Assembly: GCA_013239625.1 (NCBI GenBank)
Contig: MU057356.1
Coordinates: 23,749,182-23,813,181, forward strand
Direction: 5' to 3'
Length of the DNA: 64,000 bases
DNA from: Lama guanicoe
Taxonomy: Eukaryota
Each line of letters starts with the position of its first letter. Within the stretch, counting starts at the first letter, position 1. A model generated the notes under the pieces. The model saw nothing but the letters and a program-made list of their open reading frames with translations, was not told where the DNA came from and searched no databases. Shown here piece by piece: positions 63,096 through 64,000 of the stretch. Position numbers and translations under genes: made by a program.

Positions 63096-64000
63096 AGGAA
63101 ACTGATAAACAGTTGAAGAAATATTGACATACAGACACTCCATGGAGGATGTGTGGAGGTCAGATGTTCGCCCTGGCAGGGGCGGGGACATGGGAAAAGC
63201 GGGGAGCAGGAGAGGTGGCAGGGCAAGACCTCAGGCAGCAGTGATGAAGCTTGGGGCTGGTGGTCAGCTCAGCTTGGTGTGAATTTGGGGGACACTGTAA
63301 CTTCCTGCACTTTTTCATCCTTTTGAGCAGGGTTTGTACCAGAGGGCCCCCCCTGAGTTCTGTACTTGCAGCTTCACATACTTTATTTGCCCACTGGTCC
63401 CAGAATGGATTTGCTGAAGCTCACTATCTGAGGAAGCTTCAGGATACACAGAACTGATCAGCAACAATCTTTGCCCTGGAAATTGAAAGAACGTTCAGGA
63501 TCATACATAACCTTTCTGCAGGCGAGGGAATTCAAGAATGTCTAGTTTCACTCCCTAGTTGTAAACAGACTTGGAGAAACAAGGCTCATCAAATTTAGAT
63601 TTCCTCATTCCCTGTCCAGAGGCTTCCTGCTCTCCCATATGGCAATCCAGGAGCTCCTGGGTAGTGAATAAATGTCTATATCCCAGCCCTGTCCTTGGAA
63701 ATAGCAGGAGACATCTGTATACAAGAAAGCAGGCTCATTCAGCTCCCTCTGCAAGACTCCCTGCACCGTGGGTGCTCCAATTCAAATACATAAAGAACAA
63801 AATCCTGGCAAAAGGGTAGTATTCCCTGCCAGATGGACACAATCAAGCATGTTCAGTGGCTTCCAGGACTGGAACGTTCCCATTTACTGCTAGAATTCCA
63901 GCTAGGCGCACCTGCTGTGTAATATTTCAAGAAAGGATGCTCATCGCCTTGAAACTTAAAACTCATTAAACACATCTACAAGATTGCCCCCCTGCATGCT

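Noticed and set aside
1-64000. CRISPR arrays, operons, rRNA, a CpG-island promoter or a nested protein-coding retrogene
   Set aside because: None seen. The DNA is eukaryotic intron with no regular repeat-spacer array, no extended CpG island and no long intact ORF other than the MCC exons.

Overview
This is mammalian genomic DNA, most likely camelid: it has a Vic-1-like tRNA-derived SINE and cetartiodactyl-type L1 3' ends, and I saw no Alu, B1, BovB, PRE1 or Can-SINE. The whole window lies inside the MCC gene (MCC regulator of WNT signalling, 'mutated in colorectal cancers') on the minus strand. Six consecutive coding exons are present (57559-57672, 45401-45543, 34049-34191, 18864-19027, 16304-16510, and 1-89 cut by the window edge). 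All have GT-AG boundaries and matching phases, giving 860 nt of continuous coiled-coil reading frame. The rest is intron filled with old transposon fossils: MIR, L2, L1, two ORF2-less HAL1-like L1s, MaLR LTRs, MER3/MER5, and an ERV-L remnant with recognisable gag and dUTPase pieces. There are also microsatellites and a 143-nt N gap. Nearly all ORFs in the supplied track are spurious. I found no convincing new gene or multi-gene system. The best leads are candidate splicing-regulatory structures: a 47-nt frameshifting exon whose perfect donor is hairpinned to a cis copy of the U1 recognition sequence, a cryptic donor next to a (UG)20 tract, and a 140-nt open pseudo-exon with the same phases as the next real exon. 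These are hypotheses only, because pseudo-exons are common in long introns. Repeat family names come from memory of consensus sequences and their boundaries are approximate.
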